Below, piece by piece: positions 1-12,490 of a stretch of DNA of 64,000 nt (position 1 is the stretch's first letter; each line of letters opens with the position of its first letter). Made by a program: the position numbers and the translations under genes. Where the stretch lies: NCBI GenBank assembly GCA_964016885.1, contig OZ024763.1, forward strand, positions 2,170,001 through 2,234,000. Direction: 5' to 3'. Below the pieces are notes generated by a model that saw nothing but the letters and a program-made list of their open reading frames with translations, was not told the origin of the DNA and made no database searches. This DNA is from Eledone cirrhosa. Its lineage: Eukaryota.

Positions 1-110
1 TCTCTGTTTCAACAAACTGATTCCTTTGAAACATTTATTATATCTAGTTGTGGTTGTTGTTGTTTGTTACTATAGAAGAAATTTCTGATAATTGAATCTG
101 GGTGTGTGTA

Positions 111-153
<43 letters not shown>

Positions 154-156
<3 letters not shown>

Positions 157-357
157 CCAGTAAGACCCCGACAGCTGAGCTCAAGCCGTTTCGACGGCTA
201 ATTGGTTTCGACGGCTAATTGGTCCAGAATTAGCCGTCGAAACGGCTTGAGCTCAGCTGTCGGGGTCTTACTGGTTCCTATTACCCACTCTACTACCTCA
301 AGTATTGAGTACTTTGGTGCGTTATGGTCCACCTGGTTCCTTACCACTTTTCCTTCG

Positions 358-359
<2 letters not shown>
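154..359 (+). mobile_element. Family B fold-back element (Penelope-like pLTR derivative) in (TA)n; palindrome 154-277 made of two 3' hammerhead halves plus an 80 bp tail
   Basis: Inverted repeat centred on GACGGCTAATT..AATTAGCCGTC, followed by GAAA-CGGCT-TGAGCTC-AGCTG-TC-GGGGT. Homologous to 875-1062, 42983-43176 and 43345-43473. (TA)n on both sides. Confidence 0.75.
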
Positions 360-402
<43 letters not shown>

Positions 403-525
403 GGAGGTGAGTTTTATTGTAGTACAATAAAGCAATGCAGATATCGGATAAGAAGCACTCTACAGTTTGTAGGACTGGAGTATATATAATATATAAGAAC
501 AAAAGATAGTTAAAAGAGTTCCATG

Positions 526-596
526 TATTTTATTATGCGCATTTCAAAAACAAATATCATCATGCAATAATATTTGTGTTTTCATCAGATAAAACA
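526..596 (-). ncRNA. Minimal type I hammerhead ribozyme (family A)
   Basis: TGTTTTAT-CTGATGA-stem II hairpin-GAAA-T-GCGC-A-TA-ATAAAATA on the minus strand. Confidence 0.85.
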
Positions 597-724
597 GGAA
601 GACATGATATGAAGGTTAAAAAACACTTGTGGATAGTGCAGTTTTAAATCAATATATCAACATATATGTTGATTTAAAACTGCACTATCCACAAGTGTTT
701 TTTAACCTTCATATCATGTCTTCC

Positions 725-795
725 TATTTTATCTGATGAAAACACAAATATTATTGCATGATGATATTTGTTTTTGAAATGCGCATAATAAAATA
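725..795 (+). ncRNA. Minimal type I hammerhead ribozyme (family A)
   Basis: Stem I TATTTTAT/ATAAAATA (8 bp), CTGATGA 733-739, stem II AAACACAAATATTAT..ATGATATTTGTTTTT, GAAA 776-779, stem III T-GCGC-A, UA cleavage site 786-787. Confidence 0.9.
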
Positions 796-832
796 CATGG
801 AACTCTTTTAACCATCTTTTGTTCTTATATAT

Positions 833-863
<31 letters not shown>

Positions 864-874
864 ATATATATATT

Positions 875-1060
875 GGAAAAAGTATGACCCCGACGGCAGA
901 GCTCAAACCGTTGCGACGGCTATTTCTGGAAATAGCCGTCGAAACGGCTTCAGCTCTGCCGTCGGGGTCATACTTTTTTCCTATTTCCCACTCTACTACC
1001 CTAAGTATTGAGTACTCTCATGCGTTATGGTCCATCTGGTTCCTTACCACAATTCCTTTG

Positions 1061-1062
<2 letters not shown>
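875..1062 (+). mobile_element. Family B fold-back element, diverged copy (palindrome 875-981)
   Basis: GACGGCTATTTC-TG-GAAATAGCCGTC centre, then GAAA-CGGC..GCCG-TC-GGGGT. Same tail as 154-359. Confidence 0.75.
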
Positions 1063-1104
<42 letters not shown>

Positions 1105-1149
1105 TAAAGAAAACGAAAAATCAGTGATGCATCTGGACTTAATTTATTG

Positions 1150-1240
1150 CGTGTTACAATTGTTTCACCGGCAGATAGCTTGAGACATGGTCCCTGTATG
1201 GATCTGGCTGATTCTACTTCTGCGGGTCTTTTCAGACACG
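1150..1240 (-). ncRNA. Degenerate hammerhead with long stem II
   Basis: CGTGT-CTGAAAAG-ACCCGCAGA...TCTGCCGGT-GAAA-C-AATT-G-TA-ACACG. The core box deviates from CUGANGA. Confidence 0.6.
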
Positions 1241-1331
1241 GGTGTTTCATCTGGAGCAAATTTTATCACTAAATATAGAGTGCTAATTTTGGCATACCGC
1301 CTATGGAAGCACCATAGCTTCCATTATACAC

Positions 1332-1466
<135 letters not shown>

Positions 1467-1607
1467 AATATATGTGTGTGTGTATATATATCTATATATC
1501 TATATGTATATATATATAGATGTGTGTGTATGTGTGTGTCTATATATATATATATAAATATATAAAAATGTGTGTGTATGTAGGAATATAAATGTGTATA
1601 TAAATAG

Positions 1608-1692
<85 letters not shown>

Positions 1693-1846
1693 AATGTATG
1701 TGTGTGTGTATATATATCTATATATCTATATGTATATATATATAGATGTGTGTGTATGTGTGTGTCTATATATATATATCAATATATAAAAATGTGTGTG
1801 TGTATATGTGTGTGTATGTAGGAATATAAATGTGTATATAAATAGA

Positions 1847-1900
<54 letters not shown>

Positions 1901-2016
1901 TATATAAATGTGTGTGTGTGAATATATGTGTGTGTATGAGTGTATGTGGGAATATAAATGTGTATATATATATATATAGATGTGTGTATATATATGTGTG
2001 TGTATATATATATATT

Positions 2017-2053
<37 letters not shown>

Positions 2054-2082
2054 ATATATGTGTATGTGGGAATGTAAATGTA

Positions 2083-2123
<41 letters not shown>

Positions 2124-2454
2124 GTGTGTGTATGTGGGAATATAAATGTGTGTGTATACATATATATATATATATATATTGGGTTGTCAAGGATGAAATT
2201 TGTAAAAACTTCTAAATATATATATACAGGCTGTCCCCGAATCGAATTTTCTATTTTCTAACTTCTATTTCTTTCACTATCTCCTATCTTCCATTCTTTG
2301 TTTGGGTTCAACATAATCCTGTCACATAAATTCTGCAAATAACACCTGATAACATCACCGAGACTTGCATCATAATCGGATGATGGAGCTGTGGTTTCAC
2401 AGAATAAAAATTATAAACTTAATTTTCCAGTCAGGCCTTCTGTTGTTGTTTTAA

Positions 2455-2877
2455 CCCTTTAGTGTTCAAACCGGCCAAAACCGGCCAGAATTCTCTACCT
2501 CTCTCTGTTGAAACTGGCTGTAACTGGTCACTGAAACTGATGTTAAGGTATTGTGCTCAAAATAAATACTTTCAAAATCTCATAGATTTGATATTATGTG
2601 AGATAATTATGTGAGGTAAAGCCTTTACCATGCAAATATAATTGTTTCTACTTTAGGCACAAGGCCAGCAATTACCCAGTGCATTACTGGTACTTTATTT
2701 TATCGACCCCATAAGGATGAAAGGCAAAGTCAACCTCGGCGGGATTTGAACTCAGATCGTAAAAGGACGTAACTATGCTGGAAAGCATGGCGTCCGACTC
2801 TCTACCGATACTGCCAATCCACCGCCCGTTCCATGCAAATATAATAGTATATATATAGTAATGTAAATGCTAAAGGG
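2455..2877. mobile_element. piggyBac-like MITE with a SINE inserted
   Basis: TTAA-CCCTTTAG ... CTAAAGGG-TTAA termini. Related copy at about 7561-7900. Confidence 0.7.
2643..2827 (-). mobile_element. tRNA-derived SINE, family S2 (Meta/MESC-like central domain)
   Basis: B-box GAGTTCAAATCC, GCCTTTCATCC..GGGGTCGATAAA core, 15 bp target site duplication (TSD) CCATGCAAATATAAT at 2628-2642 and 2831-2845. Confidence 0.8.
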
Positions 2878-5434
2878 TTAATGAATACTTTACTATGATG
2901 GATGGTTTACATAACGTTGAGTGCTTTAATTAATTTGATGCATAATGGTTTACCAACCTGAACCACCAGTTCTACCCATCGGTAAACAGCCTAACATAAA
3001 TGATATATATATATATATATATATTTAAACCATCAATATGTCATAACTACCATCACCACCATATCATCAACATACCACTAGATTATCACCAGTTTAAATA
3101 CTGTTGTGATATCTAATATATCCAAGCATAAACATTTCATCATAACCACTACCACCACCACCACCAACACCACCACACCACTACACCACCCCCACCACCA
3201 CCATACCACCACCACCACTACACCACTGTTATAATATCTCATATATTCAACCACCAACATGTCATTAAATGGTTCACTAATTGAAATGTCTTGTTATTTT
3301 TTGTTTCACTAAACCACCTCATCATACCATCAGAAACCTCAACACACCACCCCTTCCATCCCCACCACCACCACCCCTTCTATCCCCCCCCCCCCCCACC
3401 ACCACCCCTTCCATCCCTTCTACCACTTCACCCCCCACTTGACGTTTCTTCTATTTTCTTTCTTCTCTCTTTTTTCTTCCCTTTTTTTCTTTATATTATA
3501 TTTACTTTATTTTTCTATAATATTTTTTCTATATTTTTTGTAGTTTTTAAATATTTTTTTTATTTTTGTTCTTTTAGTCGTTTCTTTTTTTTAATGTATT
3601 TTTATTTTTTATTTGTTTATTTTTTTAATTTTATTTTTATTTATTAAGAATGTTTTTAAATTTTGATTTGTTTTTATAAACATATATATATATAGCGCTT
3701 CTTCTCTTTCTTCTTCTCCTCCTCCATCTCTCCACTCCCCTATACCCCACCCCATCTCCCCCACTCCACTACAATGTCTCTAAGTCAAAACTCCACTTGA
3801 CGACAAAAGCAATTTAATAAAATTTATTTCACACATTTTTTTGTTTCCTTTTTTCCTCTTCTCTCTATTTTTCTGAGTGTGTGTGTGTGAGTGTGTGTGT
3901 GTGTGTGTGTGTAGGTCTCTGTATGTCTGTGTGCATGTGTCTGTGTGGGTGTCTCTCTGTGTATGTATGTGTGTTTGTTTCTCTCTCTCTCTCTATCTGT
4001 CTGTGTGAGTGTGTCTATGTTTGTATGTCTGTGTGTACATGTGTGAGTGTATCTGTGTGTCTATATGTATATCTGTATATGTGTGAGTGTATATGTGTGT
4101 CTATATGTATATCTGTGTGTATCTGTGTGTATATGTGTGAGTGTATCTGTGTGTCTATATGTATATCTGTGTGTCTGTGTATATGTGTGAGTGTATCTGT
4201 GTGTCTATATGTATATCTGTGTGTCTGTGTGTATGTGTGTGAGTGTATCTGTGTGTCTATATGTATAACTGTGTGTCTGTGTGGGTATGTGTGAGTATGG
4301 CTTGTGTGAGTGTGCCTGTGTGTATATATGACTGTGTCTGTGTGTGTATATGTATGACTGTGTTTGTGTATATGTATGTCTATGTCTGTGTATGTATATG
4401 TATGACTGTCTGCGTGAGTGTGTCTGTGTCTCTGTATGTATGACTGTGTATGTGTGAGTGTGTCTGTGTATGTCTGTGTCTATATGTGTATGTCTGTGTA
4501 TGTGTGAGTGTGTCTGTGTATGTATGTGTCTGACTGTGTCTCTATGTGTATGACTGTGTATGTGTGAGTGTATGTATGTGTATGACTGTGTCTATATGTG
4601 TATGACTGTGTCTATATGTGGATGACTGTGTATGTGTGAGTGTGTCTATGTGTGTAAGACTGTGTATGTATGAGTATGTTTATGTGTCTGTGTATGTATG
4701 TGTATGTGTGAGTGTGTCTATGTGTCTGTGTATGTATGTGTATGACTGTCTCTATGTGTATGTATGTGTATGTGTGAGTGTGTCTATGTGTCTGTGTCTA
4801 TGTGTATGACTGTGTGAGTGTGTCTATGTGTGTCTGTGTATGACTGTGTATGTGTGAGTGTGTCTATATGTGTGTGTATGTGTATGACTGTGTCTCTATG
4901 TGGATGTGTTTGCTTCGATGGTTTTTTTAAAAGACAGGAAATCAAAGAGTTTTAACGAGATTTTGAAGAGATTTGCAATTGCGTTGTCGATGTCATAATC
5001 ATCTTTATCATAACCATCACCATCATTATAACCATTATCACCATCACCACCATCATCATCATAACGATCATAGCCATCATCACCATAATCGTCATCAACA
5101 TCATTATCATCATTACCATCATTATCATCATCACCATCATCATAACGATCATAGCCATCATCACCATAACCATTATCATCATCATCATCCTCATAACCAT
5201 CCTCATAACCATCATAACCACCATCGTCATCATCATAACCATCATCTTTATCAGAGCCATCATCATAATTGTCTTTATTTTCGCCATCATATTCGTCATA
5301 GCCATCATCATCATCATAATCATCATCACTGTTATCTTCATTTTAACCATCATCATCATCATCATCATAGCTATCATAATGATCTTCAATATTGTCATCA
5401 TCATCATCACTGTCATTAAAGGTTCCTGCCAACT

Positions 5435-5903
5435 ACATTACAGAGTGTACTGGGTGTATTTATTGTGTAAATCACCAACCCTTTATTTGGCAAGCTGTCT
5501 ATAGCTGGGTGCCCTTCCTAACACCAAACACTTTACAGAGTGTACTGAGTGTATTTATTGTGTAAATTACCAACACTAGGGATGTTATCATGCCCTTGAT
5601 ACAACTGAAGGGTCCTCCCAACCCTTTATTTGGCAAGCTTTCTATAGCTAGGTGCCCTTCCTAACACCAAACACTTTACAGAGTGTACTGGGTGTATTTA
5701 TTGTGTAAATCACCAGCACTAGGGATGTTATCATGCCCTTGATACAACTGAAGGGTCCTCCCAACCCTTTATTTGGCAAGCTTTCTATAGCTAGGTGCCC
5801 TTCCTAACACCAAACACTTTACAGAGTGTACTGGGTGTATTTATTGTGTAAATCACCAGCACTAGGGATGTTATCATGCCCTTGATACAACTGAAGGGTC
5901 CTC
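5435..5903. repeat. About 143 bp tandem repeat (about 3 copies) derived from a SINE-like segment
   Basis: CTTTACAGAG recurs at 5531, 5674 and 5817. Contains GCCCTTCCTAACACCAA shared with SINE S1. Confidence 0.75.
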
Positions 5904-6439
5904 TCTATAATTCAGATATGTCTATAATGAAATTATAATTCTTCATCATAATTTGTTATGTAAGATCCTTTTGTTTAGTTTTGTTCCAAACACCATTTTG
6001 CAGCCAGCTTCCCACCACAACTGGGGCCAGCAGGCCTCAACTGTGAAGACAGCAAGTGCTGTTGAATTACCCTCTTCCCTTTCGAAGGAGGTAAATCCCT
6101 CATCTGGTACGCGACATGGTGACATGCTGTGACAGGTTCTCCACCTCCCTCTTAGTCCTTCAGCCACAAACCCTGGTACTGCGGCCCACAATGCAGAGGA
6201 GAGGAAGACACATACTGGAGCTTGTCTGGCTGTTTTCTCTTTGTACCGGTCACCTTTGAGATCTCAGGCATCCTCAGACCCTGTACTGCCTAGCTATTCT
6301 GTAAAATCTGAAAAAACAGACACCCATCTGAGACATGAGTCCCGCGAGGTGAGGTGGCTGTCGCAGCAGGTGTCCCTGGCCATTATCTGTGGAAATGACT
6401 TTGCTATTTTGTCCACAAGGTGCAGACAAAACACTGCCC

Positions 6440-6580
6440 CAACCTAGGAGTAGAGTCTATCACCCTCTCCTCTTCCCCTTTCTTTCCTCTATGACCTATT
6501 AGTCCTTGCTCTTTCCCTCCTTTTCCTCTCATTTATGTCATTTATAGTCCTTTCCTTTACTTTTCTATACAACCAGATCT
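6440..6580 (+). repeat. Unclassified dispersed repeat
   Basis: Diverged reverse-complement copy at about 44487-44620. Confidence 0.55.
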
Positions 6581-7560
6581 GACCTTCCTGCCCCCTATTT
6601 TTACATTAATTAATTTTGTTTTATCATTTTTTTAATATTTCTATCATTGTATAACTTTTGTATAAAGAATATATTTAAATTAGAAATGTCCATAAAAAAT
6701 TACCATTTTAGAAACTTTTGTCAGATTATATTCCAAACAGCTAGATAACGAATAATATTTATCTTAAAATTATAAAATGTTTATATTTAAATCATAATTG
6801 ACTCTCGTAATTTTAGATATAAGAAAGAACCCTTTGTTAAATTATGTTCCAAATACCAGTCTAATAATCAAAAAATATTTGTATTTAAATTATATATTGT
6901 TTATATTTAAATTAGAATTGGCCATCGTGATTTTGTATGTAAAAACCATTTGTTGAATTGTTCCAAACACCCGCTTGATAAAGACAAATATTTAAATTTA
7001 AATTATCAAATCTTTATATGGAAATCATAATTACCCCCATCATAATTTTATATGAAAAGAACCTTTTGTTAAATTACTGTATATATTTAAATATAATCCG
7101 ATGAATATATGACCAAAAAAATCAATGGTAAAATGGTGGTGGTGGGTGGTCGGCTTATATTTAAAATCATAATTACCCCATCGTAATTTTATATATAAGA
7201 AAGGACCCTTTGTTAAGTTATGTTCCAAACACCAAGTTAATGAATGAAAAATGTTTAAGTCTTTCTTTTTTGGGGTCTCAAAGAATAAATACCTAAACAA
7301 AGTAAAATGGAGGGATGTTGGCTCATATACCCCACCTAAACATGTGTTGATTAGCTGCCTCGGTTTATAAATAGGGTTTGGGTTTTTGCACATTGCTCAT
7401 GCATAAAATAGGAGAAAGGGCTGGCTTATATTTGGATCGGTTTATATACGGTATTTACCAAACACCAACTTAATATTGACAATTAATATTTAAATTAAAA
7501 TTATCAAATGTTTATATTTAAATTCAAAATTTCCCCATCATAATTTTATATTTATGCTAA

Positions 7561-7905
7561 AGCATTTAAACCGGCCATATCTGGCCAGAATTCTCTCACC
7601 TCTTTCTGTTCAAACTAGTTATATCTGGCCAGAATTCTCTCACCTCTTTCTGTTCAAACTGGTTGTATCTGGCCAGAATTCTCTCACCTCTTTCTGTTCA
7701 AACTAGTTATATCTGGCCAGAATTCTCTCATCTCTTTCTGTTCAAACCAGCTGTAACTGGCTACTCATACTGATCTTAAGGTATTGTTATCAAAATAAAT
7801 AATAACAAACTCTCATAGCTTCTATATTATGAGAGATATGTAAGATAAAGTGTTTACCGTGAATATACAATAATAAATATAGAGTAATGTAAATGCTAAA
7901 TGCTT
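7561..7905. mobile_element. Second copy of the piggyBac-like MITE, with internal short tandem duplications
   Basis: Homologous to 2455-2877. CTGGCCAGAATTCTCTCAC is repeated 4 times. Confidence 0.65.
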
Positions 7906-7933
7906 AAGGACGTTTTGTTAAATTACCATATAC

Positions 7934-8696
7934 CAGGGGTGTGCAACATATTCCATTGGTGGGCCACTTATGAACATTGGAACAACTATTAGGGCCAGTC
8001 ACTGTCAAAAATATGTAAACTAATGAAAACCACAATTCCAAAGATCCATCACAACTTCATTCCATAACATGGAACTGGGAAATTATAACACACATAACCC
8101 TATCAGTGAAGCCCTTCAGTATGGGTCAACTGTGAAATTATAATACACATAACCCTATCAGTGAAGCCCTTTAGTATAGGTTAACTGGGAAATTATAACA
8201 CACATAACCCTATCAGTGAAGCCCTTTAGTATAGGTCAACTGGGAAATTATAACACATAACCCTATCAGTGAAGCCCTTTAGTATAGGTAAACTGGGAAA
8301 TTATAACACATAACCCTATCAGTGAAGCCCTTTAGTATAGGTCAACTGGGAAATTATAACACATAACCCTATCAGTGAAGCCCTTTAGTATAGGTAAACT
8401 GGGAAATTATAACACATAACCCTATCAGTGAAGCCCTTTAGTATAGGTCAACTGGGAAATTATAACACACATAACCCTATCAGTGAAGCCCTTTAGTATA
8501 GGTCAACTGGGAAATTATAACACATAACCCTATCAGTGAAGCCCTTTAGTATAGGTCAACTAACAGAAAATTGTATTACAGTTACGAAAAAAATTCTAAA
8601 TAAGCCTACAAGGTAAAAATTTAAAATGGTCGTCACAGATCACTCTGACTGGTCTGGTGGGATTGTGGCCCACGGGCCACCTGTTGCACACCCCTG
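7934..8696. mobile_element. hAT-type MITE carrying an internal minisatellite
   Basis: 15 bp TIR CAGGGGTGTGCAACA / TGTTGCACACCCCTG and 8 bp TSD CCATATAC / TCATATAC. Confidence 0.85.
8073..8561. repeat. 53-55 bp minisatellite, about 9 copies
   Basis: Unit AACTGGGAAATTATAACACATAACCCTATCAGTGAAGCCCTTTAGTATAGGTC. Confidence 0.9.
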
Positions 8697-8914
8697 TCAT
8701 ATACACTGAAATAGAAGCCAAGGAATATGTGACCAAAATATCAATGGTAAAATGGAATGTTGGCTTATATATACTATCTAATCAATGTGTTGATTAGATG
8801 CTTTGGGTTTTTGCCCATTTCTTAGATATACGATAAGGGCTGGTTTATATTTGAGTATATATGGTATTTACCAAACTCCAGCTTGCTAATGACAAATAAT
8901 TAAATTCAAATTAT

Positions 8915-9640
8915 CAAATTTTTATATTTAAAATCATAATCACCCCCATCATAATTTAATATGTAAAAAAAAGTACCCTTTGTTAAGTTATGTTCCAAAT
9001 TTTTATATTTAAAATCATAATCACCCCATCATAATTTAATATGTAAAAAAAAGTACCCTTTGTTAAGTTATGTTCCAAATTTTTATATTTAAAATCATAA
9101 TCACCCCATCATAATTTAATATGTAAAAAAAAGTACCCTTTGTTAAGTTATGTACCAAATTTTTATATTTAAAATCATAATCGCCCCATCATAATTTAAT
9201 ATGTAAAAAAAAGTACCCTCTGTTAAGTTATGTTCCAAATATTTATATTTAAAATCATAATCACCCCATCATAATTTAATATGTAAAAAAAAGTACCCTT
9301 TGTTAAGTTATGTACCAAATTTTTATATTTAAAATCATAATCACCCCATCATAATTTAATATGTAAAAAAAAGTACCCTTTGTTAAGTTATGTTCCAAAT
9401 TTTTATATTTAAAATCATAATCACCCCATCATAATTTAATATGTAAAAAAAGTACCCTTTGTTAAGTTATGTTCCAAATTTTTATATTTAAAATCATAAT
9501 CACCCCATCATAATTTAATATGTAAAAAAAAGTACCCTTTGTTAAGTTATGTTCCAAATTTTTATATTTAAAATCATAATCACCCCATCATAATTTAATA
9601 TGTAAAAAAAAGTACCCTTTGTTTAAGTTATGTTCCAAAC
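8915..9640. repeat. 80 bp tandem repeat, about 9 copies
   Basis: Near-identical units. Degenerate relatives lie in the flanks 6700-7550 and at 45650-45980. Confidence 0.9.
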
Positions 9641-10594
9641 ATCAACTTAATGAGTGAAAAATGTTTAAGTATTTTGTATTAAAAAAAAATCACAAATAGA
9701 AACAAAGACCCCCACCCCATCCCCCATCCCACCCCCACCCATCCCCATCCCCTCCCCACTCCACATTTTTGTATATTTTTGAAAATTAATTAAAATGTTG
9801 AGTGTTGCTTTATTGTGAAATATTGTCTGTTAATAGATTACTGTAGAGGAACTGTTATCTCTTGCTACCATTATCACTGGCAGCAGCATCATCATCAGCA
9901 TAACCATTATCACTGTTACCACCACCACCATCATCATCAGCATCATCATAACCATCATCATCATGATCATCATTACTGCTGTCATCATCATCATTATCAT
10001 CATCATCAACATCACCATTGTGGTGGTGGTGGTGGTGGGGTTAGTAGTAGTAGTAGTGGTGCTGATGGTGGTGGTGGTGGTGGTGTCCGTTGTAGTAGCA
10101 TTAGTAATAGTGGTGGTGGCAGTAGTAGTTGGTGATGATGGTGGTGGTGTTAGTAGTAGTAGTAGTAGTAGTAGTAGTGATGGTGGTGGTAGTAGTAATA
10201 GTAATAGTAGTAGTAGTGATGGTGGTGGTGGTGGTGGTGGTGTCCGTTGCAGTAGCATTAGTAATAGTGGTGGTGGCAGTAGTAGTTGGTGATGATGGTG
10301 GTGGTGTTAGTAGTAGTAGTAGTAGTAGTAGTGATGGTGGTAGTAGTAATAGTAATAATATTAATAGTAGTAGTAGTGGTAGTAATAGTAGTAAAAGTAG
10401 TAGTAGTGGTAGTAATAGTAGTAATAGTAGTGGTAGTAGTGGTAGTGATGGTGGAAGTAGTAATAGTAATAATATTAATAGTAGTAGTAGTGGTAGTAAT
10501 AGTAGTAGTAGTAGTGATGGTGGTAGTAGTAATGGTAGTGGTAGTAGTAGTAATAGTAGTAATAGTAGTAGTAATAGTAATAGTAGTGGTAGTG

Positions 10595-10630
<36 letters not shown>

Positions 10631-10852
10631 ATGAGTGGTATCAGTCGGTATCAGTCATAGTAATATTAGTGGAGATGGTGTTATTAGTGATGATGATGAT
10701 GATGATATTAATATATAAATACAATACAACAGAGCAGTATTTAGACACTTTAGCCACAATGTCCAGTCCAGTCCAGACCAGACCAGACCAGACCAGTCCT
10801 ACTCATCTGCGATGACAGTCCGCTTCAGTTGGTCAAGTCGTGCCAATAACCA

Positions 10853-10905
10853 TCACACATCAAACACATTATTCAATGATTCACTGATTCTTCCAAAACA
10901 ATGAA
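10853..10905 (-). CDS. Candidate terminal coding exon of an unidentified gene: (V)HCFGRISESLNNVFDV*
   Basis: Pyrimidine-rich acceptor CTTGTTTTCTCTTGGACAG. Phase 1 matches the upstream candidate exon. Unique high-complexity sequence. Confidence 0.45.
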
Positions 10906-11039
10906 CTGTCCAAGAGAAAACAAGGAATTCCATTTCACCGATTCTACAGTATCACATCAACCATGTTAGTTCAGAAAATTTAGCCAACTTTCAAACACTC
11001 AAACATTCCTTAATTCAATTTAGCAATTGGAAGAATTTT

Positions 11040-12490
11040 ATTTTCTAAATTTTTGGTTGGCTTGTTTGTTTGTTTGTTTTTCTGTTTGGTTGTTTTTAAG
11101 AAATAGTTGAAAATATTTTATTTTGCGGATAAATTTTATGGCCAAAACTAACTGTCAGGAAACCCCAGAGATAGGGTCCCATCTTCCTCGGGATGGGAAC
11201 CTATCTCTGGGGTTTCCTGACAAATTTAGAAAATAAAATTTTTGGTTTGTTTGTTTGTTTGTTTGTTTTTCTGTTTGGTTGTTTTTAAGAAATAGTTGAA
11301 AATATTTTATTTTGCGGATAAATTTTATGGCCAAAACTAACTGTCAGGAAACCCCAGAGATAGGGTCCCATCTTCCTCGGGATGGGAACCTATCTCTGGG
11401 GTTTCCTGACAAATTTAGGAAATAAAAATTTTGGTTTGTTTGTTTGTTTGTTTGTTTTTCTGTTTGGTTGTTTTTAAGAAATAGTTGAAAATATTTTATT
11501 TTGCGGATAAATTTTATGGCCAAAACTAACTGTCAGGAAACCCCAGAGATAGGGTCCCATCTTCCTCGGGATGGGAACCTATCTCTGGGGTTTCCTGACA
11601 AATTTAGAAAATAAAATTTTTGGTTTGTTTGTTTTTCTGTTTGGTTGTTTTTAAGAAATAGTTGAAAATATTTTATTTTGCGGATAAATTTTATGGCCAA
11701 AACTAACTGTCAGGAAACCCCAGAGATAGGGTCCCATCTTCCTCGGGATGGGAACCTATCTCTGGGGTTTCCTGACAAATTTAGAAAATAAAATTTTTGG
11801 TTTGTTTGTTTGTTTGTTTGTTTGTTTTTCTGTTTGGTTGTTTTTAAGAAATAGTTGAAAATATTTTATTTTGCGGATAAATTTTATGGCCAAAACTAAC
11901 TGTCAGGAAACCCCAGAGATAGGGTCCCATCTTCCTCGGGATGGGAACCTATCTCTGGGGTTTCCTGACAAATTTAGAAAATAAAATTTTTGGTTTGTTT
12001 GTTTTTCTGTTTGGTTGTTTTTAAGAAATAGTTGAAAATATTTTATTTTGCGGATAAATGTTATGGCCAAAACTAACTGTCAGGAAACCCCAGAGATAGG
12101 GTCCCATCTTCCTCGGGATGGGAACCTATCTCTGGGGTTTCCTGACAAATTTAGAAAATAAAATTTTTGGTTGGTTTGTTTGTTTGTTTGTTTGTTTTTC
12201 TGTTTGGTTGTTTTTAAGAAATAGTTGAAAATATTTTATTTTGTGGATAAATGTTATGGCCAAAACTAACTGTCAGGAAACCCCAGAGATAGGGTCCCAT
12301 CTTCCTCGGGATGGGAACCTATCTCTGGGGTTTCCTGACAAATTTAGAAAATAAAATTTTTGGTTTGTTTGTTTTTCTGTTTGGTTGTTTTTAAGAAATA
12401 GTTGAAAATATTTTATTTTGCGGATAAATTTTATGGCCAAAACTAACTGTCAGGAAACCCCAGAGATAGGCTCCCATCCCGAGGAAGATG
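11040..12490. repeat. 177-193 bp tandem array, 8 units, 7 of which carry a 70 nt hairpin
   Basis: TGTCAGG starts at 11153, 11342, 11531, 11708, 11901, 12078, 12271 and 12448. Unit length varies with (GTTT)n. Confidence 0.95.

Larger units (their letters stand above)
400..840 (-). mobile_element. Family A fold-back element with two hammerheads in inverted orientation
   Basis: Arms at about 481-652 and 669-840 are reverse complements. The long arm continues to a tail with AATAAA and ends in (TA)n. Same family at 41928-42036 and 53135-53612. Confidence 0.85.

Noticed and set aside
6200-6280. CTGAGGA on the minus strand near 6271 and CTGAAGA near 53866
   Set aside because: No pairing stems around them.
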